DNA of 64,000 nucleotides from Candidatus Omnitrophota bacterium (GCA_043797125.1 JAZDPX010000006.1:6921-70920), one strand, 5' to 3'. Positions 1 to 9,986 are shown, counted from the first letter of the stretch. Made by a program: numbers and translations. The notes: generated by a model from the letters alone, not told the origin.

Positions 1-2
1 GT

Positions 3-3000
3 CTCTGTTGTTGCGGTTGTTACACCCTCTATATCAAGCGTTTCTGTTATTACGGTCTTTTTCTTCTGTTTGCCGTCAAGCGTTGTTCCGTCGTCCCTGC
101 TGTAATACTCATAATATATTTTCTGGATTTCCCTTGTGCCGTCAGGGTTTAATGTAACCTGGGCTGTTTGTTCCAGCTTTTTATTCTGTCTCTCATCAGG
201 CAATCCGCTATCTGAAACGTATACGAGCACGCTGCCTATCGCGAAACCGAGGTTTTCGGAAACCGCGGCATCCTTGGTATCGCCATCGCCGTTGTAATCC
301 ATATTGTCAGCCACTTCATTCGCATTATCCAGGACGGCATTACCGTTTAAATCCTCAGTATTAACCGAAACATAGGCAACAACAGTGCCGTCTGTCTTAA
401 GCTCCTGTTTATGTGTCCATGCCAGATCTTTATCCTTCGTATAAGCCTTTCGCTCTCTTGAATAGCTCTGCTCCAATAAAGCGTTGTCTGCGCCTGTCTT
501 TTTATATTCGTTGGCGGAGTACAGGAGGCTGCCGTATTTGTTATAGCGTGTCGCGCTGGAGTTTGTTGTGGTACTTACAAGCTCGAAGCCCGGAATCGGA
601 TCTTGCTCGTTTGTTAATCCGAATACAAACTTTAAATTAAAAATATTCCCAGATGCAACATTTACTACTATTTGATCAAGAGCATCGTTCCAGTAGCTGC
701 TTGCTTGGTATGCAAAATTGGTACTGTTTCTTTTTGTCTCAAAGTTGCCTATTTTGGCTTCTGCCTCATTCTTACCAAAATAATAGACCTTCGTGCAAGT
801 CTTTTTATCCGTTACCCTGGTAGTCAACGCGCCGTTTTCATATGACGCGTATGCGTTCTCGGTTGTGGTCTCTTTTACCTCTCCTTCATCTGATATAGAT
901 ATGTCTACTGTCTCTACCACGCTGCCCTGCGCATTGTATATATTGTGCGTGGATTTATAAGATGTGCCGTCGTAATATTTGTTTTTGTCAGTTTCAGCCA
1001 AGTCATAGTTAGTCAAAAGATCATTATTGTTCCACATCCTTGTCTTTAATGTTGTAGCTAAAGTATTTGCTTGGTGTTGCATAGCCCCTACAACTTTTGC
1101 TAATCCAAGTTCACCCGCTGCTGTCATTGCCTCCCAATCCGGACCCGCGATGCCGTCTAAATTCTGGCCAAAATCATATACCTTATTTTTAGTAACAGAA
1201 TTCACCTTTTTGTACTTATCATCTACCAGTTGGTATATATTGTCTGTCCAGCTATCCGTAACCTTACCGTCCGCTGCAACTTTTGTTGTTATCTGGCGTT
1301 TGACCTGTTTTTCCTCGTCTCCTTTGATTTCGCCGTCGTTGTTTGCATCAACATATATGCTCTGAGTCCCGCTAAATGTTATGGTATCAATATAGCCATC
1401 CATATTTATCCCACTTGCTATTATCAGGGCTTTGTGGCCTTCAATTGCATCAATAATCACCGCTGAGGTATATCCGGGAAGGCCATCTTTAATAAAGTCG
1501 TAGGTAGTGGTTGCTGTCCAGTCGATGACCTTTGTGTGCTTATTATCTATTTCCTGATAGCCGTATTCGGTTATGGTCTCTGTCACCTGCGAATCATCCG
1601 TAACACTTATGGATATCTTTTTTACATAGTTTCTTTCTAACTCGCCGCGTATGCCGTTAATGCCGTCGTAATCATTGTACACGTAGCGAGTAAAATTATA
1701 GGTGGTTGTGTCAAAATAACTGTTATGATTGCCGACGAAATTCTCAAGGCTGTTATTATTATTTTTGTAATTATCTACCGTATTTATAAGGTCCTCTAAT
1801 CTTGTTATGGTTTTGCTGTTTACAACTATCTTTTCTTCGTAATCAGCTGTGTTGTTATAATTTAAATCCATTGAAAGATTATAGTTGTTCACTGTTGTTG
1901 TGGTCTGGACGCTTTTATCTGTCCCGTCTATATCCTGGTATTCATACTTATTTATTGTCTGCTTGACCGCTCCGGTTTCCGATATATCAAAGTCTGTTTT
2001 GGTCGCTATAAGTTTTTTTTCGTCGCCGGATACGTTGTCATCGCCGTTTACATTAAATCCGTACTCATACTGCGTGCACTTATAGCTTACTCTTTTATTA
2101 TAGGCGTCCAGATTGATTCCGATATTAGATATCAGTATGAGTTCATTAACTGTTATTTCGCCGTCAGCTGTAATGGAATTTTCATAGTTTGTTAAGTCCT
2201 GCACTAGCTTTCCCCTGCCGCTGCTGGACACGTAATCATCGAGGTCATAATAAGTAGTTCTGGTTGCTGTTGATTTGTTTTTATCCGAACCGTTTATTTT
2301 CTCGTACTGATAACTGCATCTGGTTTGCGTAACCTCGCCATACTCCGTTGTTTTGAGCATAATCTTTTCTTTAATCAGGTTGCCCTCATATATGTACTGG
2401 GTGCAGTTATAGGTAGCTGCGTCGAGCTTAATGCCCAGGACACCTGCAAGCGTATCATTAATAACAAGGGCATTTCCCGTAGATGCGATACCGCCTTCAT
2501 TGTAAATATAATTATTATACAGCTTGCCTGCAACTATGCTGGATTTAGTATTAGCGTTTTTGACAATAAATTCTTTTGTTGTGGTGCTGCTAATGAGCTG
2601 CTTGTATACGCCGTTTATCTGTTGGTCCGTGTAGTTGTTTACGGTTTCCTTAAGATCCGCGAATTCATTTACATCAATGCTTCTCCTTTGCTTAATCCTG
2701 TAGGTACCTTCGTCATATATGCTCTGGTAAACCTTTAGGGTGGTCTCTGTGCCATTGAGGTTAAAAACCGCTGCCGGTTTATTCAGCGCGTTCAGGTAAA
2801 CATAGGTTTCGGTCATCATGGAATCAGCGGCGCTTTGGATAAAAGATTCCATGCCTAATCCGTTGTTTAATTCATCCACAATGTCTTTGGAGCTAATGCC
2901 TGCGGCTGCTATGTAGTTATTTTTTAAAGTAACGGCCAGCGTCTGTCTTTCTCTGTCATCGCCAAACTTTTTATATGTGTAACTAGATACGGTTTCCGTA

Positions 3001-6000
3001 TATTCGCCGTCTTTTGATAAGTTAACGTCAATTTTTGCGGTTAGGTTGTCGCCGGTGTATATGCTCTGCGACGCGTTTATGCTGATATCTTCGGGCTGGC
3101 TGCCAAGACCTAAGCTGGTTTTGCTTACCGTATCAAGATGTACGATAGTTGATGATAAGTTAAAAGGGTTAACTATCTGGTTAACAACAAAATCCGCGAG
3201 ATCATCAACCATATCCTCGGCCGTAACGCTGCTTGATGTAGGCTTATATTCGCTCTTAACGCTGTAATAGAAGACCTGCCTTTTTCTGCCGTTTATTTCT
3301 TTTTGGGTATATCTGTCAATGGTTTGGGTAAAATCGCCTTCTTCCGTAATCCATAAGGAAACTTTTTTATCGAGGTCATCGCCATCATATATGTTCTGGG
3401 TTATTCTGCACGTTGTGGATTCCGAAAAAAGGCTGCTATCAGCGCTGAAATTAAAATCCATTATTTCCGGTTGAGGATCTCTTCCGGCATTAACAGCCTC
3501 TTTTGTGTCAGTTACCATATTCTCCGCGGTGGTTATTAAACTGTTTATCTTTCCGTTGGGGTTATTTGCGGCGGGGACATAACTGTATTTCTGAGTTAAA
3601 ACTGAATTTAAATAAGTCCTTCCTTCGCTATCATAAACATACCCTGTGGTAGTCTGCGTTATATCGCCATCGCTGTTGGCGTATACTGATATTTTCTCTG
3701 AGAGCTTCCCGTCAGAATAGTATTTGTTATGCGCGCAGTTTAAGTTAACAGATTCCGGCGTTGCCCACGTAAAACCATCGAGGTTGCTGTTTTCTGATAG
3801 TGCCCCGTTCGGCTTAAGCCTATTTTTTATTGCGCCCAGTATGCCGTAGCCGGAATCATAATCGTAGTTGCTTGTTTTTGTGGCTGTAACCACCTGCCTG
3901 CTTTGCGTATCATAAGCGTTTTTGGTTTCTCTATAGGTGACGCTGCCCGAGTCAGAGGCTTTTACATATACTGTCGTATCGAGAAGATCGCCTATATAAT
4001 CATTTCTTGTGAATGTTAAATCGCTGCTTTCGGGATCTTTGCCGCTGAAAAAGCTATAAATATCATTCCAGTTGATGGCATGCCAATCCCTGTTAGTGTT
4101 ATAGGCGAAATCTGAAATGGCGTCTATAACATTAGCTATAACATCATCGCAGTCATACTTGTCGGTCAGCGTGAAGGTAACTGTATTTTTATTCTCGCTG
4201 TTGTATTTGTAATCGGTAACTGATTTTGTAATGTTCCCCGTATCAGACGCCGTAATGGATACAAGGCTTGTCTTTCTGAATTTGTCATTTTCGCCGTTTG
4301 CAATACCGTCGCTGTCTGAATCATATTGCTCATAGGCATAACCATTGATAGTGGCTCTCTGGCTTTTAGGGCCCACTACAGTGCCTTCCGCTAAAGTTAA
4401 ATCCGCCAGGCTATAAGATTGGCCTTCATCAATAATAATGTCATCCGAATTGAGACATTGCTCTATATCTGTCTTAATTTGCTGTATGTCCGCTTCCGTT
4501 GCCGCGTCAAAGGTCTTTCTGACGGTAAGGCTATAAACAAGGTTATCGCCCTGCTCATCTGAATAATATTTTGTAGATAAATCCTCTGTTATGTCCCCGG
4601 AATCTTTTATTGTGATGTTTTTTGTCTCAAGGAGCCTTCTTTTGCTGTTGTAAAGCTTTTTCGTGCCCGTGTAATATTCCGAGGTTTTGTTATTTTCATT
4701 AATATCCTCGATGCTGGTAGCGCCGCTGTAATTTGACGTAGTCTTAAATTCCCTGATCTCTTTTTTATAAAATTTTTCATTGCCGTCCGCGTCGAAAAAG
4801 CGAACATACACATAGCCGTAATCAATCAAGGTTTTACGTAAAGAACCGCTGCTTGAGTAACTTTTGCTTTCGTAATGTTTCCTATCTCCCTGCTCGTTGT
4901 ATTCTGTGTAGGTATAATATTCGGAAGAGACCCCTGCGTCATCCGCGTAATTAATCCTGCGCGTTGTGTCCGTTGCACGTTTGCCGTTCTCATGGTATGT
5001 GTATTCAGCGGTTGTCTCCGAGATAATATTATTTCCCTCTATGGAGCATTTGCTGGAAGTATAGCTTTGAAGCTTGCCGTTTTCATCGTACGTCTTTGTG
5101 CTCACATATATATAGCCGTCATCGCTCACTGTCATGTTATCCGATACCAAGCTGTGTTGTGAGTTTCTTACTTCTAATATTTCTATTGTTTTGTCTTTAC
5201 CATCAACTTTGTAACCGCTACTTTTGGCTCTTATTCTCTCGTTGCCGCTTCCCAAATCCTCGGTTTCCAGCACGTTAAAAAGCACGTTTTCGTAATCAGC
5301 CTCTACTCCCTCGAGTTTGCCGTTTTTCCAGATTAATGCGCCATTTTCATTAAGAAATAAAGGTCTTCCGCTGGCATCCCACTCTGTTACCATGTATTTA
5401 GACTGTTTAAAACTAATCAAAACGCCCGATGCAAATACTAAGTTCTTTCTGATTGTGACAAAAAGGACTTTGTCGCTGCTATCTAGATACGCATCAACTA
5501 TGTAATCAACAGAACCTGCGCTGTTGCGACTTACATAGCTGACGACATTGTACGCTTCATCGCAAGCGCCGGAGACATACACCGTGCCCTCCTGGACAAG
5601 AACGGCGTTTCCGTCCTGAATCGCGTACTCTTTGACATACTGGCTTATGATTTCTTGCGTATCCAGGTCGTACTCGATATCTGAAACCTCTAACGTGCCT
5701 ACATGTTCTCCCTCGTCATTGTATATGTATTCTATCCATTCCGCGGGAAGGCCGGTATCTTCGTCGTAAGCCAAATATTCTATTTCATGCTCAAGCTCAT
5801 CCTGCTCGGTCCATGTTTCTGTGGAGTTGCCGTATTCGCGCACCGTATACTGATGATCCAATATATTCTTCACCGCATTGGTTTCATCGGAACCATAAAA
5901 ACGTGAATCTGCCGTGTAGGTAACCCAGTGATGCTCTTCTGTAATATGGCCGTAGATGGAAACCATCGCGCCGCGGTCAACCTCAAATATGCTCATTTTT

Positions 6001-6710
6001 GCTGTGGGGTCATAATGCGTGATGTTATACAGATCAAAATTCGTCTGGCCGTTATGCGTAATTTTTGTATATTCTTTAAGCAGGGCATTTTCGTCATAAA
6101 TCATGTTGAATGTATCGCTATAATAAACTTCGCCGTTTATCTCAATCTTTTCGTTAAGCACTGCTCTTACCAGGCCCGCCTGAAAAAATACCTTCTTACC
6201 GTCAGGGTGCAATACGTAAGAGCTACCCGCCTTATATGCCATCTCTCTTGCGAATGTTACGATCTGTAAAAGTTGCTGATATACAACATGCGAATCATAC
6301 CTGGCATATGAAAGATTATATGCCTGCTGCTGTGTCTCTGGCGTCACGTTGTAAAAAACCTGATTGTATTTTCTCCTGTGCTCAATATTGCGCAGATTAT
6401 TAAGCCTCTCCTGCTCCTGACGCATATGCTTTATAGCTTCAATGGCAGTATAGCCCTGCTTTGTGATATATTTTTCTTCCTGCTGATTCAATGAGCTTAA
6501 ATCAGTGCCTTCATCAACCAGTGATTTTACCTTATCCAGAATTGTCTGTTTATCGACAGCGGGTTTCTGCAGAAATGAAAAGTCTGCGCCGCTGGCAAGC
6601 TGCTGCCAGGAGAAACTAATAATTAAAGTCCACGCTATCGTCTTATATATAAGACTAGCTTTATTAAAACAACTTTTCTCCTGTAACAATTTGTCTTCTT
6701 TGGGATTCAT
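3..6710 (-). CDS. Giant secreted repetitive protein, 5' part only (runs off the left edge; >=2,236 codons)
   Basis: Not in the ORF track because the stop lies outside the window. ATG at 6710 gives MNPKEDKLLQEKSCFNKASLIYKTIAWTLIISFSWQQLASGADF (signal-peptide-like). The same frame reads open at spot checks near 4560-4680, 420-500 and 3-80 (LDGKQKKKTVITETLDIEGVTTATTE). T/D/Y/S-rich with recurring G[DNE]xT motifs. Not every codon was checked. Confidence 0.85.
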   Translation of the reverse strand, partial: MNPKEDKLLQEKSCFNKASLIYKTIAWTLIISFSWQQLASGADFSFLQKPAVDKQTILDKVKSLVDEGTDLSSLNQQEEKYITKQGYTAIEAIKHMRQEQERLNNLRNIEHRRKYNQVFYNVTPETQQQAYNLSYARYDSHVVYQQLLQIVTFAREMAYKAGSSYVLHPDGKKVFFQAGLVRAVLNEKIEINGEVYYSDTFNMIYDENALLKEYTKITHNGQTNFDLYNITHYDPTAKMSIFEVDRGAMVSIYGHITEEHHWVTYTADSRFYGSDETNAVKNILDHQYTVREYGNSTETWTEQDELEHEIEYLAYDEDTGLPAEWIEYIYNDEGEHVGTLEVSDIEYDLDTQEIISQYVKEYAIQDGNAVLVQEGTVYVSGACDEAYNVVSYVSRNSAGSVDYIVDAYLDSSDKVLFVTIRKNLVFASGVLISFKQSKYMVTEWDASGRPLFLNENGALIWKNGKLEGVEADYENVLFNVLETEDLGSGNERIRAKSSGYKVDGKDKTIEILEVRNSQHSLVSDNMTVSDDGYIYVSTKTYDENGKLQSYTSSKCSIEGNNIISETTAEYTYHENGKRATDTTRRINYADDAGVSSEYYTYTEYNEQGDRKHYESKSYSSSGSLRKTLIDYGYVYVRFFDADGNEKFYKKEIREFKTTSNYSGATSIEDINENNKTSEYYTGTKKLYNSKRRLLETKNITIKDSGDITEDLSTKYYSDEQGDNLVYSLTVRKTFDAATEADIQQIKTDIEQCLNSDDIIIDEGQSYSLADLTLAEGTVVGPKSQRATINGYAYEQYDSDSDGIANGENDKFRKTSLVSITASDTGNITKSVTDYKYNSENKNTVTFTLTDKYDCDDVIANVIDAISDFAYNTNRDWHAINWNDIYSFFSGKDPESSDLTFTRNDYIGDLLDTTVYVKASDSGSVTYRETKNAYDTQSRQVVTATKTSNYDYDSGYGILGAIKNRLKPNGALSENSNLDGFTWATPESVNLNCAHNKYYSDGKLSEKISVYANSDGDITQTTTGYVYDSEGRTYLNSVLTQKYSYVPAANNPNGKINSLITTAENMVTDTKEAVNAGRDPQPEIMDFNFSADSSLFSESTTCRITQNIYDGDDLDKKVSLWITEEGDFTQTIDRYTQKEINGRKRQVFYYSVKSEYKPTSSSVTAEDMVDDLADFVVNQIVNPFNLSSTIVHLDTVSKTSLGLGSQPEDISINASQSIYTGDNLTAKIDVNLSKDGEYTETVSSYTYKKFGDDRERQTLAVTLKNNYIAAAGISSKDIVDELNNGLGMESFIQSAADSMMTETYVYLNALNKPAAVFNLNGTETTLKVYQSIYDEGTYRIKQRRSIDVNEFADLKETVNNYTDQQINGVYKQLISSTTTKEFIVKNANTKSSIVAGKLYNNYIYNEGGIASTGNALVINDTLAGVLGIKLDAATYNCTQYIYEGNLIKEKIMLKTTEYGEVTQTRCSYQYEKINGSDKNKSTATRTTYYDLDDYVSSSGRGKLVQDLTNYENSITADGEITVNELILISNIGINLDAYNKRVSYKCTQYEYGFNVNGDDNVSGDEKKLIATKTDFDISETGAVKQTINKYEYQDIDGTDKSVQTTTTVNNYNLSMDLNYNNTADYEEKIVVNSKTITRLEDLINTVDNYKNNNNSLENFVGNHNSYFDTTTYNFTRYVYNDYDGINGIRGELERNYVKKISISVTDDSQVTETITEYGYQEIDNKHTKVIDWTATTTYDFIKDGLPGYTSAVIIDAIEGHKALIIASGINMDGYIDTITFSGTQSIYVDANNDGEIKGDEEKQVKRQITTKVAADGKVTDSWTDNIYQLVDDKYKKVNSVTKNKVYDFGQNLDGIAGPDWEAMTAAGELGLAKVVGAMQHQANTLATTLKTRMWNNNDLLTNYDLAETDKNKYYDGTSYKSTHNIYNAQGSVVETVDISISDEGEVKETTTENAYASYENGALTTRVTDKKTCTKVYYFGKNEAEAKIGNFETKRNSTNFAYQASSYWNDALDQIVVNVASGNIFNLKFVFGLTNEQDPIPGFELVSTTTNSSATRYNKYGSLLYSANEYKKTGADNALLEQSYSRERKAYTKDKDLAWTHKQELKTDGTVVAYVSVNTEDLNGNAVLDNANEVADNMDYNGDGDTKDAAVSENLGFAIGSVLVYVSDSGLPDERQNKKLEQTAQVTLNPDGTREIQKIYYEYYSRDDGTTLDGKQKKKTVITETLDIEGVTTATTE

Positions 6711-6867
6711 TTTAGCCACCGCTATTTGACGTTCCTTTTATTACTACTATATATAACACAATATTATTGAAAATATTCCACTTTTTTACGTGTAATCAAA
6801 AAGTTTTTTAAAGGCTTAAATAATAGGGTAAAAAAAATGATTTGCTGCATCTAGCCCTTTCCATTAC

Positions 6868-6910
6868 ACTATAAATATACAGTATGAATATGAAAAAGTC
6901 AAGGCCCCGG
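6868..6910 (-). promoter_or_regulatory. Sigma70-like promoter upstream of the giant gene (TTGACT-17-TATATT)
   Basis: Hexamers with 17-bp spacing; 35/43 identical to the promoter at 42243-42285. Confidence 0.6.
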
Positions 6911-6997
6911 ACCCACTTTTTTTCACATTTTTTTAAGACAAAAGTATACCCAAAGCGTATGAGGCTTTTGCCATGTTCGGCACTGATTGTTCACCCT

Positions 6998-7158
6998 TAC
7001 GCTTGGGGACGGTTCACCCCAATGAGGCTAAAGTGTCCCCTATGCTCTTTTGACGTTTAGAAGTAAGGTTGAAAAAATTTCTAAGATTAGAATTAACGAA
7101 GCGCACTTCAGCGTTGGGGACACTTTATAATCTCAGGGGTGAACCGTCCCCAAGCGTA
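6998..7158. repeat. Nested inverted repeat / long hairpin (REP-like)
   Basis: TACGCTTGGGGACGGTTCACCCC (6998-7020) is the exact reverse complement of 7136-7158; inner TAAAGTGTCCCC (7029-7040) pairs with 7116-7127. Confidence 0.85.
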
Positions 7159-7218
7159 GCAGTAAAACGTCCCCTAAGTTGGCTAAGTTGGGCGGAGGAG
7201 GTGAGGCTACTTTTTGTA

Positions 7219-7406
7219 TGAGAAGGCCTGTGGTAATCCGAGCAGGCACCGTACCATATTAGGTACGGGGTATAGCTTGCGAGGCCGAAGCGGGCATGGT
7301 TCGCCTTTGCTTCCATACAGCCGAGAGCGAAGGCCGAGGTCAGAGCAAAAAAATCCTCGCTGGGGATTTTTTTGCGTCCCTGCGAGGATTGCCACAGGCC
7401 TTCTCA
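7219..7406 (+). repeat. Structured MITE/REP-like element, family A, copy 1
   Basis: 21-bp terminal inverted repeat TGAGAAGGCCTGTGG(T/C)AATCC; body highly similar to 42053-42212; carries an extra internal hairpin CCGTACC-ATATTA-GGTACGG. Confidence 0.85.
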
Positions 7407-7454
7407 ATAATATTAATGGATGATACGGTTGCTCATAACCGTATCACAACCGTA

Positions 7455-9986
7455 TCATTTAACCGGCTTTCCCATGGTAACACGCACATAGTGGGTCTTT
7501 TCATCCTTGAAAACAGGCAGGATATTTGACTTTATCTTCTTGCCGTCTATGAGTATCTCTGCTATACCTGAAGATACATGGCTGCGATTTATAACATCTA
7601 TTATGTATCTTGACCCTCTAAAAGTCCTGTAGACCTTGAACAAACTCCATCTTTTTGGTATGCACGGATCTATAAATAAACCCTGTACTGTAGGTTTTAT
7701 TCCCAGTATCTGCTCAGTTAAAATTTTATTTAACCAGAACGGGCTTCTTCCATACCAGGAATAACGCGCTTGTCCGAATTTGACTGCATCCTGACCATCG
7801 ATATAGCATGATGCGACAAATGGCTCCATTTCATAAATATCTGCGCTATGGGCTCTATGCACCGGATTTAATCTTGAATATATATCCCAGGCATTATGCG
7901 AGCGGCCCAGTAAAACTTCAGCCCAAACTGCCCATGATGCAAATTCAATATTTGTGCCGCCATTCTCTTCTACTCCGGGGGCCAGGCAAGTCAATGTGCC
8001 TATGCTTGAGTCGCAAAGACTATATGAAGGTGTAAGCGCAATAGGCCCGTGATTTTTATAAAGATGTTTGGCAGTAACATCCATCAATTTTTTGGCATCC
8101 TCGCCTTCAACCACGCCGCTTATAACAGCCCATGTTTGAGGATTTAAAAATATCGCGCTGTCATTTTTTCCCGGTTTTCCTATGATAGCGCCTTTTGAAG
8201 TTATCGCCGCAGGATACCATTCGTAGCCCTTAAATAGTTTATTAATATTATCTTTTAACTGTTTTGCCTGCTTGGCATATTCGCCGGCTTCTTTGTCATC
8301 TTTTCCCATCTTGCATATTTTTGAAAATTCATTCAATGTGTAATAGAGAAACTCGCCCAGCCACACGGAAGAGCCTTTTGAATCGCTGCCGATTTTATCG
8401 AGCTTACAGTTGCAGTCTCCCTGCATAATCGCGGGAAGGCCCTTTTTTGGAATTGTAGCCAATGTCCGCTCAAGCGCCTTTATGCAATGTTCCAACACAG
8501 TGTCTGCCGGCGCATCTAGGTACGCTGCCTTTTCCCTTAGTATGGATATATCAGCGGTTTCTTTTATATACTCGCTTATCGCGAAAATAAGCCATAGGGG
8601 TTCGTCTGAAAAAGCGCTGGCTTTAGAATTTCCAGTTAACGGGTCCCAATATGTCAGGACATTGCCGTCCGCATATTGATGCTTTACGCATTCCAATATG
8701 TTCTTTTTGCAGATTTCAGCATTTATAGCAAGGAATACGAGGCTGTTTAACAGAAAATCCTTAAACCTGACTAACCCTTCCGGCCGGTAATAACAGCCCC
8801 TGGCAGTTAATACCGATGAGATCGCCTGATACCTGAACCAGTTATTATTAAGAATATTAGCGCCTTCATCCGGGGTTTTAATATTCATGGATTTTTTAAG
8901 ATAATTTCCCCAGCGGCTGCCCATATTCGAGAACTCGCCTTCTACTTCTTTTACGTTTTTGTATTTTTTAATAAGCGTTTGCGCGGTTTTTAGATCCGGC
9001 GCAGAACCAATAACGAAAATAAGCTCATACTCCTGGCCTGCTTCAAAATCCAGGTCAACATGCAAACATGCCGCAGGGTCAACATACCTGCCTTCCTCTT
9101 TAAAGCACATCCCTTTTTCAACGGAGCGCGGAGAAGACTTTTTCCCATAAACGCCCAAAAACGCCTTTTTATCCGTGGTAAAACTGGAGACTGCTTTACT
9201 TACTGAGTGGAATTTTACCTCGCCATTCGCGGAATAGGCGTAAACTGCCGATAAATCATGGTCAAACGAAGTTTTCAGGAAAGCCTTTTCATTGTTATCC
9301 TGCAAGGCCGGGAAATACCACTCAAGATAACTGAATATGCTTAGGCTTCTTGGTATATCCAGTATGTTTCTGATTCGCAGCTGCCATATCTCGACAGGCT
9401 CCTGCGATGACGCAAAACATACGATGCTGTTTATTATGCCGGCATATCTGTTTGTTATGTTGGTATATCCGACACCATATCTGACTTCATAAAAATCGGG
9501 CTTTTTGCGCACCGGGTTCCATGCAGCTGACCAGATCTGTTGCGTTTTATTATCCCTTATATAAAAGAATTTGCCGTCTGAATCATTATTTAGATCGCCG
9601 CTCCAGCCGGTTACCTTGTCCGAGACGCCGTTTTTAAAACTAAAACCTCCGCCTGTCTGGGTTACAATAAAACCATAATTGTCATTTGTTATTATATTAG
9701 CCCACGGATTGGGGGATTCAGGCGCTGTAATAACATATTCTGAGCCGTCGTAAAGGAAAAATCCGTACCTGGTCCTAAATACCTCTTTTACTTTGTTTAG
9801 TGGTAAAAGCAAAGAGGCCATGGGTTCTTTCTTGACCTTTTTTGCTTTGGGCTTTGCGCTTTGGGCTTTGGGCCTTGAGCTGCGGGCCTTGCGCTTTGGG
9901 CTTTTTTTCTTTTTACTTTTTATTTTAACCTTCATTCTTTTTACTTTTGCCTTTTTACTTTTTACTTTTCTCTTTCTCTTCTTCAT
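7455..9986 (-). CDS. GH94 (cellobiose/chitobiose phosphorylase-like) protein with Lys-rich N-terminal tail; catalytic motifs degenerate
   Basis: YGFFLYDGSEYVI, PNPWANIITNDNYGFIVTQTGGGFS, GSSVWLGEFLY, IFLNPQTWAVISG, PGVEENGG and DPCIPKRW match GH94; SD AGAGGAG upstream. Confidence 0.85.
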   Translation of the reverse strand: MKKRKRKVKSKKAKVKRMKVKIKSKKKKSPKRKARSSRPKAQSAKPKAKKVKKEPMASLLLPLNKVKEVFRTRYGFFLYDGSEYVITAPESPNPWANIITNDNYGFIVTQTGGGFSFKNGVSDKVTGWSGDLNNDSDGKFFYIRDNKTQQIWSAAWNPVRKKPDFYEVRYGVGYTNITNRYAGIINSIVCFASSQEPVEIWQLRIRNILDIPRSLSIFSYLEWYFPALQDNNEKAFLKTSFDHDLSAVYAYSANGEVKFHSVSKAVSSFTTDKKAFLGVYGKKSSPRSVEKGMCFKEEGRYVDPAACLHVDLDFEAGQEYELIFVIGSAPDLKTAQTLIKKYKNVKEVEGEFSNMGSRWGNYLKKSMNIKTPDEGANILNNNWFRYQAISSVLTARGCYYRPEGLVRFKDFLLNSLVFLAINAEICKKNILECVKHQYADGNVLTYWDPLTGNSKASAFSDEPLWLIFAISEYIKETADISILREKAAYLDAPADTVLEHCIKALERTLATIPKKGLPAIMQGDCNCKLDKIGSDSKGSSVWLGEFLYYTLNEFSKICKMGKDDKEAGEYAKQAKQLKDNINKLFKGYEWYPAAITSKGAIIGKPGKNDSAIFLNPQTWAVISGVVEGEDAKKLMDVTAKHLYKNHGPIALTPSYSLCDSSIGTLTCLAPGVEENGGTNIEFASWAVWAEVLLGRSHNAWDIYSRLNPVHRAHSADIYEMEPFVASCYIDGQDAVKFGQARYSWYGRSPFWLNKILTEQILGIKPTVQGLFIDPCIPKRWSLFKVYRTFRGSRYIIDVINRSHVSSGIAEILIDGKKIKSNILPVFKDEKTHYVRVTMGKPVK

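Noticed and set aside
413-6729. Many short ORFs in the track within the first 6.7 kb
   Set aside because: Antisense or off-frame shadows of the giant minus-strand gene.
7125-7529. Short ORFs over the family A/B elements (also 12521-12742, 27477-27698, 41997-42309)
   Set aside because: They translate palindromic non-coding repeats; differences between copies preserve pairing, not codons.
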